Below, in pieces: positions 1 through 11,548 of a stretch of 48,607 bases of DNA. Position numbers and translations under genes: made by a program. Source of the stretch: a virus (Duplodnaviria; Heunggongvirae; Uroviricota; Caudoviricetes); IMG/VR virus record IMGVR_UViG_3300031992_000025, positions 97,932-146,538 of that record, one strand, 5' to 3'. A model generated the notes under the pieces. That model saw nothing but the letters and a program-made list of their open reading frames with translations. It was not told the DNA's origin and made no database searches. Each line of letters begins with the position of its first letter. Position 1 is the first letter of the stretch.

Positions 1-1
1 A

Positions 2-1234
2 AATGGTGACGGCTGACAAACTAATAATATACATTTATCAACTAAGATGGTAGAGGCCGACATTAAAAATGTGCCTGTAGCAAAATTAGACGCCTGGGAT
101 TTAAAATATTGTTTAGATAATAATTTAGATAGGTTTGATTGGGCTGATACTGCTAAGGGAAAGGGTGTAATTTATTATATGAAAGATGAGTATAATAATG
201 AGTGCCCATATGATTTTAAAAATATATTATTTACAAATGATAGCTATGGTATTGATAGTAGCTATACATTTAGCTCATCTAATAATGAAGATAGGTCAAT
301 ATCAACTTGAGCTTGCTATAATAATACTATAAAGTCAAACACTTCTGGTATATCTCATTACTTGCCTCGTAATATTTTTTATCATTTTAGCAATATATAT
401 GGAAATTATATAGGTAAGAATAGCACAGATAATTTATTTATTAGTAATGGCGGTAATAGCACATATAACAATAAAATAGGTGATAATTGTAGTGTAAATA
501 AAATATATTATGGTAGTGCTTCTAATATAATTGGTAATAGCTCTAGTAGCAATACTATTCAGTATAATGCCTATAACAATATAATAGGAAATAATAGCTC
601 AAATAATTATATTTATCAACAATCAAGTTATAATGTAATTCAAAATAATGCTAGTGGTAATACTCTGAATAGACAGTGTAATTATAATATTATTGGTGAT
701 GGTTGCTATAATAACTATCTTAACACTGGCTGTGAAAATAATATATTTTTAGAGCAAGCGCATGATAATGTATTAAGCAATAATTCAGCATACAATAAAT
801 TTATTGGGGCATACAGCAATAATACTGGTCAAAATTGTAAGTATAATACTTTTGAACAGTATGCTAGGTCAAATACTATTGGTAATTACAGTGAAAAGAA
901 TACATTTAAACAAGATGCTAATAATAATATATTAGGTACTTATGCTTTAAATAATATTTTTGGGAATGGTGTTCATCATACATATTTTGGGACATCTGGC
1001 TCACAAATAAATTATGTTAAAAATGTTATAGTTGATAGCGAATGTAGCTATATTAACTTAACGCACACTTCAGATTCTGGTAGTCCAGGAACAAGTAATT
1101 ACTTACAAAATATTCATTTACATATGGGTATTAATGGAACTTCTGGCACAGCAAAAAATATTTTAATTAAAAGAAATTTAAGCTATGAAACTGAAGTTAA
1201 ACCAGCAGATGCAAAGGAGATCATTTTAGAATAA
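2..1234 (+). CDS. 5'-partial virion/tail-fibre-type protein with Asn/Gly-rich beta-helix repeats (TGA=Trp readthrough joins track ORFs 47..310 and 362..1234)
   Basis: Frame 2 is open from the window start to TAA 1234 except TGA at 14-16 and 308-310. It has about 11-aa repeats (NNIIGNNSSNN type) and a YYMKDEYNNECPYDFKNILF motif of a kind seen in phage fibre-like proteins. Confidence 0.65.
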
Positions 1235-1236
1235 CT

Positions 1237-1653
1237 ATGAAATATTTAATGGGTTCAAATTATTTTTTCTCAAAGTACAAAGACTTTACTCCTCATGATT
1301 TAGATACAATTGAGCTAGTAAATACAAAAGAATTTAGGTACAAACGTATAATTAGGGGTCAGGGTAAAGACATTTTTCAGCTTAGAAGAAAGCCAAAAGA
1401 AGAGCTAATCCAAGATGCATTAAGATCTAATTTACCAATGGTAATTGGCAAGTTTTTAATTCCCGAATTTAATGAAGAAATTGGCTTTGTAGTTGATGAT
1501 TTAAGAGAATTAAAACCATTAATTGACAAAATTGATGATAAGCATAAATATGAAAAAATTATTTATGATGCTTATTTAGAAAATGGCAAATTTGAATTAA
1601 CACAAGAGCAAAGAGATGCAGCTTACGCAGAATATAAAAAATACAGAAGCTAA
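1237..1653 (+). CDS. hypothetical protein (138 aa)
   Basis: ORF follows the previous stop and ends TAA; no recognisable motif. Confidence 0.7.
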   Translation: MKYLMGSNYFFSKYKDFTPHDLDTIELVNTKEFRYKRIIRGQGKDIFQLRRKPKEELIQDALRSNLPMVIGKFLIPEFNEEIGFVVDDLRELKPLIDKIDDKHKYEKIIYDAYLENGKFELTQEQRDAAYAEYKKYRS

Positions 1654-1657
1654 TTTT
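1649..1657 (+). promoter_or_regulatory. variant of late-type motif (GCTAATTTT)
   Basis: Resembles GCTAAATTA and lies just upstream of the AGAGGA RBS and the tail-fibre ATG at 1680; it has mismatches. Confidence 0.35.
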
Positions 1658-1679
1658 AAAAAGTAGAGGATAAGAGAAT

Positions 1680-4600
1680 ATGGCAGGAACTAAATATATT
1701 GAAGGCAGTTTAAACGTTACTGGTTCAGTTACATCAACAAGTAATCCACTAGAAGTAACAGCTAATAGAGTTACTTCTGTTTCAGCATTCTCAGATGACA
1801 ATCATTATCCTACAGCAAAAGCTGTTAATAGCGCTATCACCACAGCTATTAACGGAATTCCTGCATTTATGTTCTATAAGGGCACAGTCGGTGATAATGC
1901 TACGATTACATGAGCTAATTTACCTGCTGCGGCTACTACTAATTCCGGACATACTTATAAGGTAATTACTGCACATACTGCTGACACAAAATGTGCTGCC
2001 TGTAAAGTTGGCGATACAATTATTTCAAATGGTAGCACTTGAAATGTTATTCCTTCAGGTGATGATGTTGAAGACACCTGAAGAAATATTAAGGTAAATG
2101 GGACTGAATTTTTAGGAACTGGCTTATCTACTGGTGCAGTTAATTTTGTAAATGGAACTAATGTTACTATTACTACTGAGACAGTGAGTGGTTCTAAAAA
2201 TATTAAGATTTCATCTTCTGACCAATATACAGGAACAATTACAAAAGTAAAAACTACTGCTGGAGCTCATACTGCTATTGATGTTTCAAGTGGAGCCGCA
2301 ACTTTTAATATTCCAACAAAGACAAGTCATTTAACCAATGACAGTGGTTTTGTTACTTCTAGTGGTGTTACTAAAATTACTGCTGGAACTGGTTTAAATA
2401 CTACAAGTAATGATACTACTACTGATGGTGGCAATATTACATCTACTGGAACATTGTATTTAACTAAATCCGGAGTTACTGCTGGCACATATCAAGGACT
2501 TACTATAGATAAATATGGTCGTGTTACAGCTGCTTCAAATCAAGGATATCTAACAAGTGAAGTAGATACTCTTGGTACAGTATTAAATAGAGGTAATACA
2601 GCAACTACTGATATTAATTTTAATAATAAAGATTGGTATAATGCAGGTGTCCAAAAGACTGCTTACGATTATAATACCAATCAAAATCCAGCCACACAAT
2701 ACTGGTGGTATAAAATTACTCCTCCAGCAAGTAATGCTTCAGACAGATATTTCATTGCAGTAGAAGGAGATGTTAATTATCCAAGAGGTAGAGGTAATTA
2801 TATTTTAGATGTTTCTAACTATAATAATGGAACTTCTTATAATGTATCTCTTACAAATCTTGGCTCAACAAATAATAGTGATGGACACTTATTAGCTGTT
2901 GCAATAGATGGAAATGGTAATGTTTATGTGCAAGCAAATGCTGCCTGAACAAGCTATTTAAGATTTATTAGACATGGTGCAGCTACAACTCAAGCATATA
3001 CTCAAGTAGGTAAAGCTGCTTTTGGCACTGCATCTGGTTTTACCTCATTAAAAATGATTAAAGATGCTGGTTGCATTAGATTAAATGCAGGTAGTATTGA
3101 TAATACTGCTTCAAATACTGGACAAGCGCAAGTATTTGCAGATGTATTTATTGAAAATGGTACAAAACTTTCTAGTAAATATTTGACTACTCACCCAACA
3201 ATTACTTTGTCATCAAATTCTACCTCTACTCCTGCTAAGTTATCTTATAATGGCACCTTTACGGCAATTACAAGTATAACACAAGATGCTAATGGGCACG
3301 TCACTAAGTTTAATACTGCAACATATACTTTACCTGCGGATAGCAACACAAACTATTACCATACTCGAGTATATAGCTCTGGATTAAAAGTTAGTACTGG
3401 TACTGGAGTTAGTGATATGTATATTCCAGATGCATCTACAACACAAAAAGGTGTAACTCAATATACTGCTGCTAACTTAAATACTTGGATTAACCAATTA
3501 TCTACAGGAGATAGTGTTCCAGTAGATGCTGATTACTTCATCTCACAATATGTCGGTGGTGGTACAAGCACTACTACATTCCATCGTAGACCAGTATCAA
3601 AGATCTTTGATTATGTTAAAGGTAAATTATCAATTTCAAGTTCTAATAATACCGCACAATGGGGTAGTGCTGTTGTAGTTGGTACTGTTGGCGGAACTGA
3701 GCTTAAATTTACAATGCCTAACAATCCAGATAATAATACTGCTCATAGTCATAGTGCTGGAGTTGGTTTAACTGGAAGTGGAACTGCAGGAACAAGTGGT
3801 ACATATTCATATAAGGTTAATCTTGTTAATGAAACAGCAGCTTCAAATGCAGCAACATACGAAGCTGGTGGTACAAGTAAATTCTATGCAGTTCAATTAG
3901 ATAAAAACAACAAACTCGGCGTTTATGTTCCATGGACTGACACCGATACAAATACACATAATTCTCATAAAATCAATTCTGGATTAAAGTCTGACGGCAC
4001 TACTGATATTATGAGTGCTTCAGCTAGTTCTGGTGATATCACATTAGGTGATTCTGGAGTAACTGCTGGTGCTTATGGGGATAGCACTGCTCAAACACCT
4101 AATTATGGTGCAACATTTAAAGTTCCTTCAATTTCTGTTAATGCTAAAGGTATTGTTACCGATATTGGTGAGCATACTGTTCAAATCCCTGGAAATGAAG
4201 CCAGCAGTAATAGAGAGTTAGTCACATATACTTCTGGTGGTAGCTATACTATTCAAAATACAAAAGATTATTTATTTACAGAAACAGTTTCAGGGGCATT
4301 AAATCTTACTTGTGAATTTACCTCCAATTTTAATTCTGTATATCATATATTCTTATATGTAGGAGAGTCTGTTCCAACTGTAACTTTAGATACCACTGTA
4401 TCTGGTGGTAAGCCGATATTTTTAACTGATTATACTCTTTCAAATTTAAGTGTTTTATCATGCTATGAAATAACTATTATGGGTCGTTTTGTATATATTT
4501 ATAAACTTACTTACCCAATGTTTAACTTCTCAAAAAATTATGTCATACGTTTTCCTAATACTATTACATCATATGATGCCTACCAAAGCTTTACTCCAAC

Positions 4601-5192
4601 GCCTACAATGACTTCTGGTGGTAAATCTGTATCTACAGCTGTTTATATGAACCAAGATTTTGAAGTAACTATACCTACATCTAAGCCTTATACATTTACG
4701 ACAGCTGTATTCAAAAGTTCAGATGGGAATACTACCCTTTATTCAGTACCTTCAAGGATCCTTAGTGATAACCCTAGATCATTTGTAATACCTAAAAGTG
4801 TAATAAGTAATGATATTAATCAAGATTTTATAATGAATCTAGGTTTTGTATTAGATACTTATACTTTAACAATACAATGCCAAGGTGATAGTGTTCCGCG
4901 TTCTCAACTTACTGGACACCTTTATGGTTATAGTATTACCCGTAGTCGTTGGGTAGAGCTAACTAATTTTAGTTTGAGTACGGCTAGTACAACTGTAACT
5001 GCAATTTATTATGCATATTATAAGCTAGAAATATCTGGATTAACTGAAGGAACAGACTATACAAAAACAATAACAACATCTAATTTAACTACAACTACTG
5101 CTTATGAGAGTGCTGTTTATTATAATGGAAACAATACAGGTACTAATGCCAGTATTACTATTGCTATTACAGAAGTTTCTGCACAGGCATAA
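1680..5192 (+). CDS. long tail fibre/adhesin-like protein, 1170 aa with 4 TGA=Trp
   Basis: Track ORFs 1680, 2184 and 3054 share a frame and are interrupted only by TGA (1911, 2040, 2079, 2946). Thr/Ser/Gly-rich, with repeated fibre motifs SGVTAGTY..IDKYGRVT, SGVTAGAY..VNAKGIVT and ITQDANGHVT. Confidence 0.75.
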
Positions 5193-5210
5193 GTAAAAAA
5201 ATAAAATAAA

Positions 5211-5220
5211 TTGTATAATA
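5211..5220 (+). promoter_or_regulatory. TTGTATAATA promoter (-10 like)
   Basis: Recurrent intergenic motif; ATG lies 5 nt after TATAAT with no SD (probably leaderless). Confidence 0.6.
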
Positions 5221-5224
5221 TTGT

Positions 5225-7201
5225 ATGAGAAATTTAAGAGTTATTCCAAGCGAAGATGCTATTGTTTTAAATAAAGCGCCAGTTTTAATAGAAACTGTTT
5301 TTGGACCAGCTGGCAGTGATATTATATCTGGGACAAGTTATAGCACAGGATTGGAGACTACAGTATTTATTAATAATGAAGCAAAACCATTTAAAATTAC
5401 CTATAGTTACAATAAATTTGGGCCACTTTATACACAAACTTCGACTGCTGGGGAAACTATAACTATTTCTTTGATAATAGACCTAAATGACTGTGGATCA
5501 TTGATGGCCGGTTTATTTAATACTAGATATTATACTACACGTTTGTATATTTATAGTATAACGCCACTAGATGGTACGACTTATGATGCTACAACAGCAG
5601 TTGTACGTTTTAGGGGGTACAAACCTGGTGATAGTGCAGATTTAGTTTATCTTTATAGCATTAACCAGACAGATAAGATGCTCTTTGGGGATAAGGAAAT
5701 TATATTTAATATAAGAGATGCCTTGGGTCCAAATATGGATGGCAGTAGTTCAAAAAATTGTCATATATATAATCCACGTAATAAATGGATCATAAACGGT
5801 TATTCAAGGGCAGGTAGTAGAACTGACCCTGTAGTAGTAGTTGATGCAGTAGATGAAACAACTATTTTAGATTATTTATGTGGAAATGATATAATTATTA
5901 GTGATGGGGCTATAAATACTAGTCAGTATGTTTCAAATACTCCAATAGCTTGATCAGCACTGTTAAATTCAGTTTCTTTGGGGGCTATAAATGAAACAGT
6001 ATGGGCCACATCTAAAATGACAAATGGTGCGGCTATTAATGGACAGACTTTAAGTTGAACAAAGCCATTAAAGCAGCTTTATTTATTAAATGGTACTATA
6101 TATGATCCGTTTGATAATGTTACTATGACTCTTAGCACAACTAATAAGCAGATTACTTTAAGTGGCGGGTCTAGCGGTACAGGCAGTGATCATAGTACAG
6201 ATACTTTTTCAGCTTCATTTTTATTATTATATACTGATGGCACCCAAGATAGGTTAAATTTAACTATGCCGGTAGATCATTATTATGATGCCCCATGTTT
6301 AGTTGCTGGTACAATAGTTAAGACACAGGCTGGAGATAAAAAAATTGAAGACATAATTTATTCAGACTTATTATTAACTTATGACGTATTTCGTGGTAAA
6401 TTATGTTATCAGCATCCAGCATTCATCAAAAAAGAGCATAATACAGAACAGTATTTATTAATTACTCTTACAGATAATACAGAAATAAAAATAGTACGAG
6501 AGCATAATTTTTATGACATTAAAAATAAAGTATTTTTAGATATTACAGATTATAATTATGATAAGTTAGACCTAGACAATATTTTATTTATGCATATTAA
6601 TGAGGATGGCAGTTTAGGCACTATTGGAATTAAATCTATAAAACCAATTGCTGATCATGTTACATTTTATACACTATTTACAAGTGGCACAATGTGCTAT
6701 TTTGCAGGAAATGTTTTAAATGGAAGTCCATATTTTAATTTTTTAGGCGGTATGAAAGACAATGATACATTAAATACAAATTTAATGGAAATAGCAGATA
6801 CTACAATGGGTCAGCTTCCATATCAGTCTTTTAAAGAAAATTTTGGTGCTTTATATGAGCCATTATATAAAAGTTGTTTATTAAACTATATTGGAATAGG
6901 CCTTTTGAGCAATCTTCATGAACAAACTAAAGAGGCAATCAGTGCGCATACAACTAATGATCCAGTTATTCGTTTCCGTGAAATAGTAAATACTTTTTGG
7001 GCAGATTTACAAACTTATGATAATGACCTTTGCTATCTTACTTTTAGATATAAGAATGGTACTGAGTCAAAAATACAAGCAAAATTTAAAGATACAATCT
7101 TAATTCCATTTGGTACATTTTATAATGTAGGAGACCGTAAAATATATCATAAAGATGATGCTTATATGGTTGAAATGAACACAGTATTTGAGGAGATATA
7201 A
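5225..7201 (+). CDS. 658-aa protein with internal Hint (intein-like/BIL) domain; 2 TGA=Trp
   Basis: Track ORFs 5225 and 6125 are in one frame, broken only by TGA 5951 and 6056. Hint motifs are P-CLVAGTIV..GDKKIEDI (6296), IVREHNF and YFAGNVLN (to 6721). Confidence 0.7.
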
Positions 7202-7407
7202 TGCAAAAAACATTTATTAATGGACTAAACTTATTTGCAAGAAGTGTTTGTATTGTTAAAGAATCTAAAACGCAACTACTAAATGTACAATTTCATTTAG
7301 CGCATCATTGTAATTTAAATTGTAAATATTGTTCAGCTACTTGTTTCGATACTTTATACTTACCAAGCAAGTCTGAATTAAAGAAAGGTGAATGAATAAA
7401 AGAATAA
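7201..7407 (+). pseudogene. truncated radical SAM-like fragment (68 aa)
   Basis: CxxxCxxC motif FHLAHHCNLNCKYCS, then TAA at 7405 even after TGA readthrough; no TIM barrel follows. Confidence 0.5.
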
Positions 7408-7411
7408 TCTA

Positions 7412-8434
7412 ATGTTACATTTAAGTTTGTTAGTTGGTAAACTTCACAGAGTGGCTAAGCAACCAAAGTCTTTTTTTGAATATTTTCTTCCAAAAAGCGA
7501 ACAAAAATATTTGCAATTTAAGCAGCCCACATTAACAGTTGGTATTTTACATTATAATGAATCAGTAAGTCTAATAGAAAGGGCTGTAAAATCTATTACC
7601 GTACAACATCTTTCTGTTAAAATAAAAATTTATTGTGATGGTGGCGCCGTTAAACTGCCAAATATGCCCGGCACTGAAATTAAATATCTTAAAAGACATG
7701 CTGGTCCTGGGTATGTTAGAAATAATTTAATTAAAGATTGTGATACTGACTATATTACCTTTTTAGACGGAGATGATGTATTAAATCCAGGTGCTATTAA
7801 AGTTTTTTATGATAGTATTAAAAAATATCATCCTGATTTGGTCTATACTACTCGACAAGAGGAGACTTCAGCAGGACAATACATCAAGCATCCTGATTTA
7901 TTTTGCTTAACAGTATGTCATGGTAAAGTATATAATGTAAATTTTTTAAAAACTAATAAAATTATTTTTAGAGAAGATATAATTCTTTGTGAAGATATGT
8001 ATTTTAATTTAGAAATATATAATAAAACAAGAAATATTTATTTTATAAATAAAAATACTTATACTTGAAAATATAATCAAAATTCTTTATTACGTTCACA
8101 AGGAATTGATACATCAGTAGATTCATCATATGTTTGTTTCGATCAAAATTTAAAAGCTTTAAATTGATGGCTAGATAACATAGAAACTAATGGGTATGTT
8201 AATAGTGCATTACATATTTTTGCTCATAATATTTGGTATTATAAAACTCAATTATCAGTCTATAATTCAGTAGAAGAGCATGATTATTATATTAAAAGAT
8301 TTTTTACAGAGCACGTTAATAGACAATATACTAAAAAAGAATTAAAGATAGCTGATAAAATTGGTAAGCGACTAAACTTACTAATTAGAAAAAAAATTCC
8401 ATTATTTAGCTCACAGTATAAAAAGTATAAATAA
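7412..8434 (+). CDS. family 2 glycosyltransferase, 340 aa with 2 TGA=Trp
   Basis: VGILHYNE, GPGYVRNNLI, YITFLDGDD (DxD), EDMYFN and YTYTW(TGA) motifs. The frame continues through TGA 8066 and 8165 to TAA 8434. Confidence 0.8.
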
Positions 8435-8437
8435 AGT

Positions 8438-8460
8438 AAAGCCTCTATTCGGGGGCTTTT
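8438..8460 (+). terminator. intrinsic terminator
   Basis: AAAGCCTCT-ATTC-GGGGGCTTT hairpin with G-U pairs and a T tail just after the GT2 stop. Confidence 0.55.
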
Positions 8461-8491
8461 AATTTATTAGCCAAATAAAGGCTCTTTTTTA

Positions 8492-8501
8492 TTGTATAAT
8501 A
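8492..8501 (+). promoter_or_regulatory. TTGTATAATA promoter
   Basis: Recurrent motif followed by a GAGGT RBS; heads the thyA/folA operon. Confidence 0.65.
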
Positions 8502-8516
8502 TATTGAGGTGTTTAT

Positions 8517-8882
8517 ATGAAGACAGAAGAATTTAATAAAATTGTTGAAGGTCAATTAGAAAGAATTAGAAGTGTCTTAGTTAAAAAAGCAGATGAATAT
8601 AATTTAGAAGAAGACCGTTTAGGCTTCTTTAAGCGTTCGGCAGCTTTTGCTCAAGAAACTCCTGAACAAGCTCTCTATGGGTTCCTTTTGAAGCATTTAC
8701 AAAGTATTACAGACATGGTAATGAGTGGTAAAAGTTATTCAGATGATTTATGGAAAGAAAAGATTACAGATACAATGAATTACCTTTGTTTATTACTTGG
8801 TTTAATTGAAGATACAGGTAGAGCTAAACAAAAACCTGGCCCAAAAGCTCAAAGAATTAGATTAGTTGAGGAAAAGAAATAA
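8517..8882 (+). CDS. DUF1599-like (nucleotide-modification-associated, all-helical MazG-like) protein
   Basis: KKADEY..DRLGFFK..LLKHL..EKITDTMNY pattern recalled from the family. Confidence 0.5.
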   Translation: MKTEEFNKIVEGQLERIRSVLVKKADEYNLEEDRLGFFKRSAAFAQETPEQALYGFLLKHLQSITDMVMSGKSYSDDLWKEKITDTMNYLCLLLGLIEDTGRAKQKPGPKAQRIRLVEEKK

Positions 8883-9385
8883 TGAGTCAAGAATATACAC
8901 AATATATAGTAGAGCATAAAGCCAACGTCGAAAAAGCTTATAGATGGCTTTTTCAGCATAATATCTTAGATATTCATACAGCTAGACCCACACAAATTAT
9001 AAATCATGATTTATCTAAGTATCAACCAGAAGAATACGATGCTTATGATAATTATTTTTATGGCACTAAAACTAAAGAAGTAAAAGAAGCATTTGATTAT
9101 GCGTGGCTTCATCACATTCATCATAACCCGCATCATTGGCAATATTGGGTATTAGTTAATGATGAAGATGGAACTAAGGCTCTTGAAATGCCTGAAGAAT
9201 ATGCTATTGAAATGGTTTGTGATTGGTGGGCTTTTTCACATAAATCTGGCAATCTAAAAGAAATTTTTGATTGGTATAAAAGTCATAAAAAGAATATGAT
9301 TTTACATGAAAAAACTAGAAAATTCGTTGAGGATTTATTAGATAAAATTAAAGAAATTTTGGAGACTGAAGATAATGCTGAATAA
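8882..9385 (+). CDS. DUF5662-like HD-related protein
   Basis: HDLSKY..EY and AWLHHIHHNPHHWQYW..EMP..EMVCDWWA motifs. Confidence 0.6.
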   Translation: MSQEYTQYIVEHKANVEKAYRWLFQHNILDIHTARPTQIINHDLSKYQPEEYDAYDNYFYGTKTKEVKEAFDYAWLHHIHHNPHHWQYWVLVNDEDGTKALEMPEEYAIEMVCDWWAFSHKSGNLKEIFDWYKSHKKNMILHEKTRKFVEDLLDKIKEILETEDNAE

Positions 9386-9578
9386 AGATTTTTATAATAA
9401 ATTGCCTGGATTTGTTTGTGAGATACTTGATGAACTTATTGAAAAATATAGTGAAAAGTCTTGGTTTGAACAAGCTTGGAATGAATATAGAGAATATGTT
9501 TTAAGTGTTGAAGATATTTTTGACCTTAAAATGCCTGGATATGTTTTTAATAAATATGTAAAAGCGGAGGAAAAATAA
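9375..9578 (+). CDS. hypothetical protein (67 aa)
   Basis: Overlaps and is coupled to its neighbours; GGAG RBS. Confidence 0.65.
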   Translation: MLNKDFYNKLPGFVCEILDELIEKYSEKSWFEQAWNEYREYVLSVEDIFDLKMPGYVFNKYVKAEEK

Positions 9579-10423
9579 TGGCATTAGCAGACAAGATTTT
9601 TAAAGAAGAAGTAAATAAATTATTAACAGAAGGTTTTAATGATAAAGATTATGAAGTCAGACCTAAATGGCCTGATGGAACACCAGCTCACACCATTAAA
9701 ACTTTTTGTGCTATTAGACGCTATGATTTAAGTAAAGAATTCCCAGCTCTAACACTTCGCACACAAGCATTTAAAGGCGTCGTAAGAGAGCTTTTGTGGA
9801 TGTGGCAGAAGAAATCTAATGTCGTTGATGAATTGGGCAAATCGGCAGCTATTTGGCGCGCCTGGGAGCGTCCTGATGGAACCATTGGCAAAACATATGG
9901 CTATCAATTAGGAAAAGTCTCACATTACTCTTATGGCGATTTAGACCAAGTAGATAATTTAATTTATTTATTAAAGAATAAACCAATGGACCGCAGAATG
10001 ATTGTTACTATGTGGTGTCCAGAAGACTTACATGATATGGCACTTCCTCCTTGCGTCTATGAAAGTATTTGGGACGTAACTGATGGAAAGCTTAATTGCA
10101 CACTAATTCAACGTTCCGGTGACCTTTTAGCAGCAGCTTGCTCTGGTGGCTGGGACACAATGGAATATGCTATTCTTCAACATATGCTTGCACAAGTCTG
10201 TGGGTATAAAGTTGGTGAATTAGTTCATATCGTTAATAATTTACATATTTACGATAGACATGTCGAAGCAGTCAAAAAGGTCTGTGAAAACCCAGAATAT
10301 GATGCTCCAACTTTATGGATTAACCCTGAAGTAAAAGATTTCTATGCTTTTACAGAAGATGACTTTAGATTAGATAATTACCAATCAACAAAGCTTATGG
10401 AAAAGTTTGAGGTGGCAGAATAA
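9578..10423 (+). CDS. thyA: thymidylate synthase
   Basis: MDRRMIV, MALPPCVY (catalytic Cys), IQRSGDL and NNLHIYDRH motifs. Confidence 0.95.
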   Translation: MALADKIFKEEVNKLLTEGFNDKDYEVRPKWPDGTPAHTIKTFCAIRRYDLSKEFPALTLRTQAFKGVVRELLWMWQKKSNVVDELGKSAAIWRAWERPDGTIGKTYGYQLGKVSHYSYGDLDQVDNLIYLLKNKPMDRRMIVTMWCPEDLHDMALPPCVYESIWDVTDGKLNCTLIQRSGDLLAAACSGGWDTMEYAILQHMLAQVCGYKVGELVHIVNNLHIYDRHVEAVKKVCENPEYDAPTLWINPEVKDFYAFTEDDFRLDNYQSTKLMEKFEVAE

Positions 10424-10671
10424 TGGTTGAATACACAGTTGATACATTAGTTCATTTATATGATAGCTTAAATGGTCAGATTGAGTGTGTTAGAAGCGAT
10501 TTAGAAGAATTTAATCATATTGGTTTTAGCCCAAATCTTACAGAGGAATATAGAGCTGAAATTGAAGCGGCTCATGCAAAAACAGAAAAAAGACTTGAAA
10601 AGCTTACCAGTATGAGAGATGATGTTGAAGAGCTACTTAATAAAATTTTAAAAGTAGAGGTCAATGAATAA
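10423..10671 (+). CDS. hypothetical coiled-coil protein
   Basis: TAATG-coupled ORF with GAGG RBS. Confidence 0.7.
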   Translation: MVEYTVDTLVHLYDSLNGQIECVRSDLEEFNHIGFSPNLTEEYRAEIEAAHAKTEKRLEKLTSMRDDVEELLNKILKVEVNE

Positions 10672-11048
10672 TGAAAGAAAATATTGATATTAAACAAAAT
10701 ATTGCTACAATGCATCATATAGAGCGAGTTTCCTTTCCTTGTCCTAAATGTGGTAAAGAAGCAGAAGCTGATGTAAGCATAGTTTTATCATCTTATCCTA
10801 GTCAATATAGCTATTATTGCCCACATTGTGGTGCTCATGGTTCAGTATTATGCTCAGAAGTTGACAATTATTGCTTTGATAAAAAAGTTTGGGAAGCCAT
10901 TGGCTCTACGAGATTACATGGCACAAAGTGTATTATTTGTGATGAAGAGACTACTTTTGCAGGTGAAATTGACCACCCACATATTTGTAATAATTGCAAA
11001 GAAGCAATTATTGCTATGAGAAAGGCATTAGGCACCTGGCATGATTAA
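10671..11048 (+). CDS. multi-Zn-ribbon protein
   Basis: CPKC, CPHC, CIIC and CNNC pairs. Confidence 0.7.
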   Translation: MKENIDIKQNIATMHHIERVSFPCPKCGKEAEADVSIVLSSYPSQYSYYCPHCGAHGSVLCSEVDNYCFDKKVWEAIGSTRLHGTKCIICDEETTFAGEIDHPHICNNCKEAIIAMRKALGTWHD

Positions 11049-11544
11049 AGGTATTGTTTGTGTAGCAAAAGACTGGGGAATAGGAAAAGCCAATGGCTTA
11101 CTTTTTAATCTTCCAGCAGATATGAAATTCTTTAGAGAGACTACAAAACATAATGTAGTAGTTATGGGGTATTCAACTTATCTTTCACTTCCAAAAAGAC
11201 CTTTACCAAATAGAATAAATGTTGTCTTGTGGGATAAAGCACCGCTTCCTGTAGAAACAAAAGATGATGCTATATTCTTTAATAATTTTGAGGCATTGCT
11301 TAGCTTTGTTAAAATATTAAGTAAAGAATATGATATATTTATTTGTGGTGGAGCAAGTGTCTATAGATTATTCTTACCCTATTATGATGAAGTTTTAGTT
11401 ACAAAAGTTGATGCAGAAGACAAAGAAGCAACAGCATTTTTTCCGAATTTAGATGAAGAAAAGTCGTATTATATAGATAGTGAACTTGGATCAGGAATTG
11501 ATAATGGTCTTAGTTATACTTTCTTAAAATATAAAAGGAGATAA
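11041..11544 (+). CDS. folA: dihydrofolate reductase
   Basis: WGIGKANGLLFNLPADMKFFR, VVMG, RPLPNRINVV and ICGGASVY motifs. Confidence 0.93.
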   Translation: MIKGIVCVAKDWGIGKANGLLFNLPADMKFFRETTKHNVVVMGYSTYLSLPKRPLPNRINVVLWDKAPLPVETKDDAIFFNNFEALLSFVKILSKEYDIFICGGASVYRLFLPYYDEVLVTKVDAEDKEATAFFPNLDEEKSYYIDSELGSGIDNGLSYTFLKYKRR

Positions 11545-11548
11545 TTAA

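Noticed and set aside
1680-5192. Diversity-generating retroelement or invertible cassette acting on the tail fibre
   Set aside because: No reverse transcriptase, template/variable repeat pair or invertase is seen in the window.
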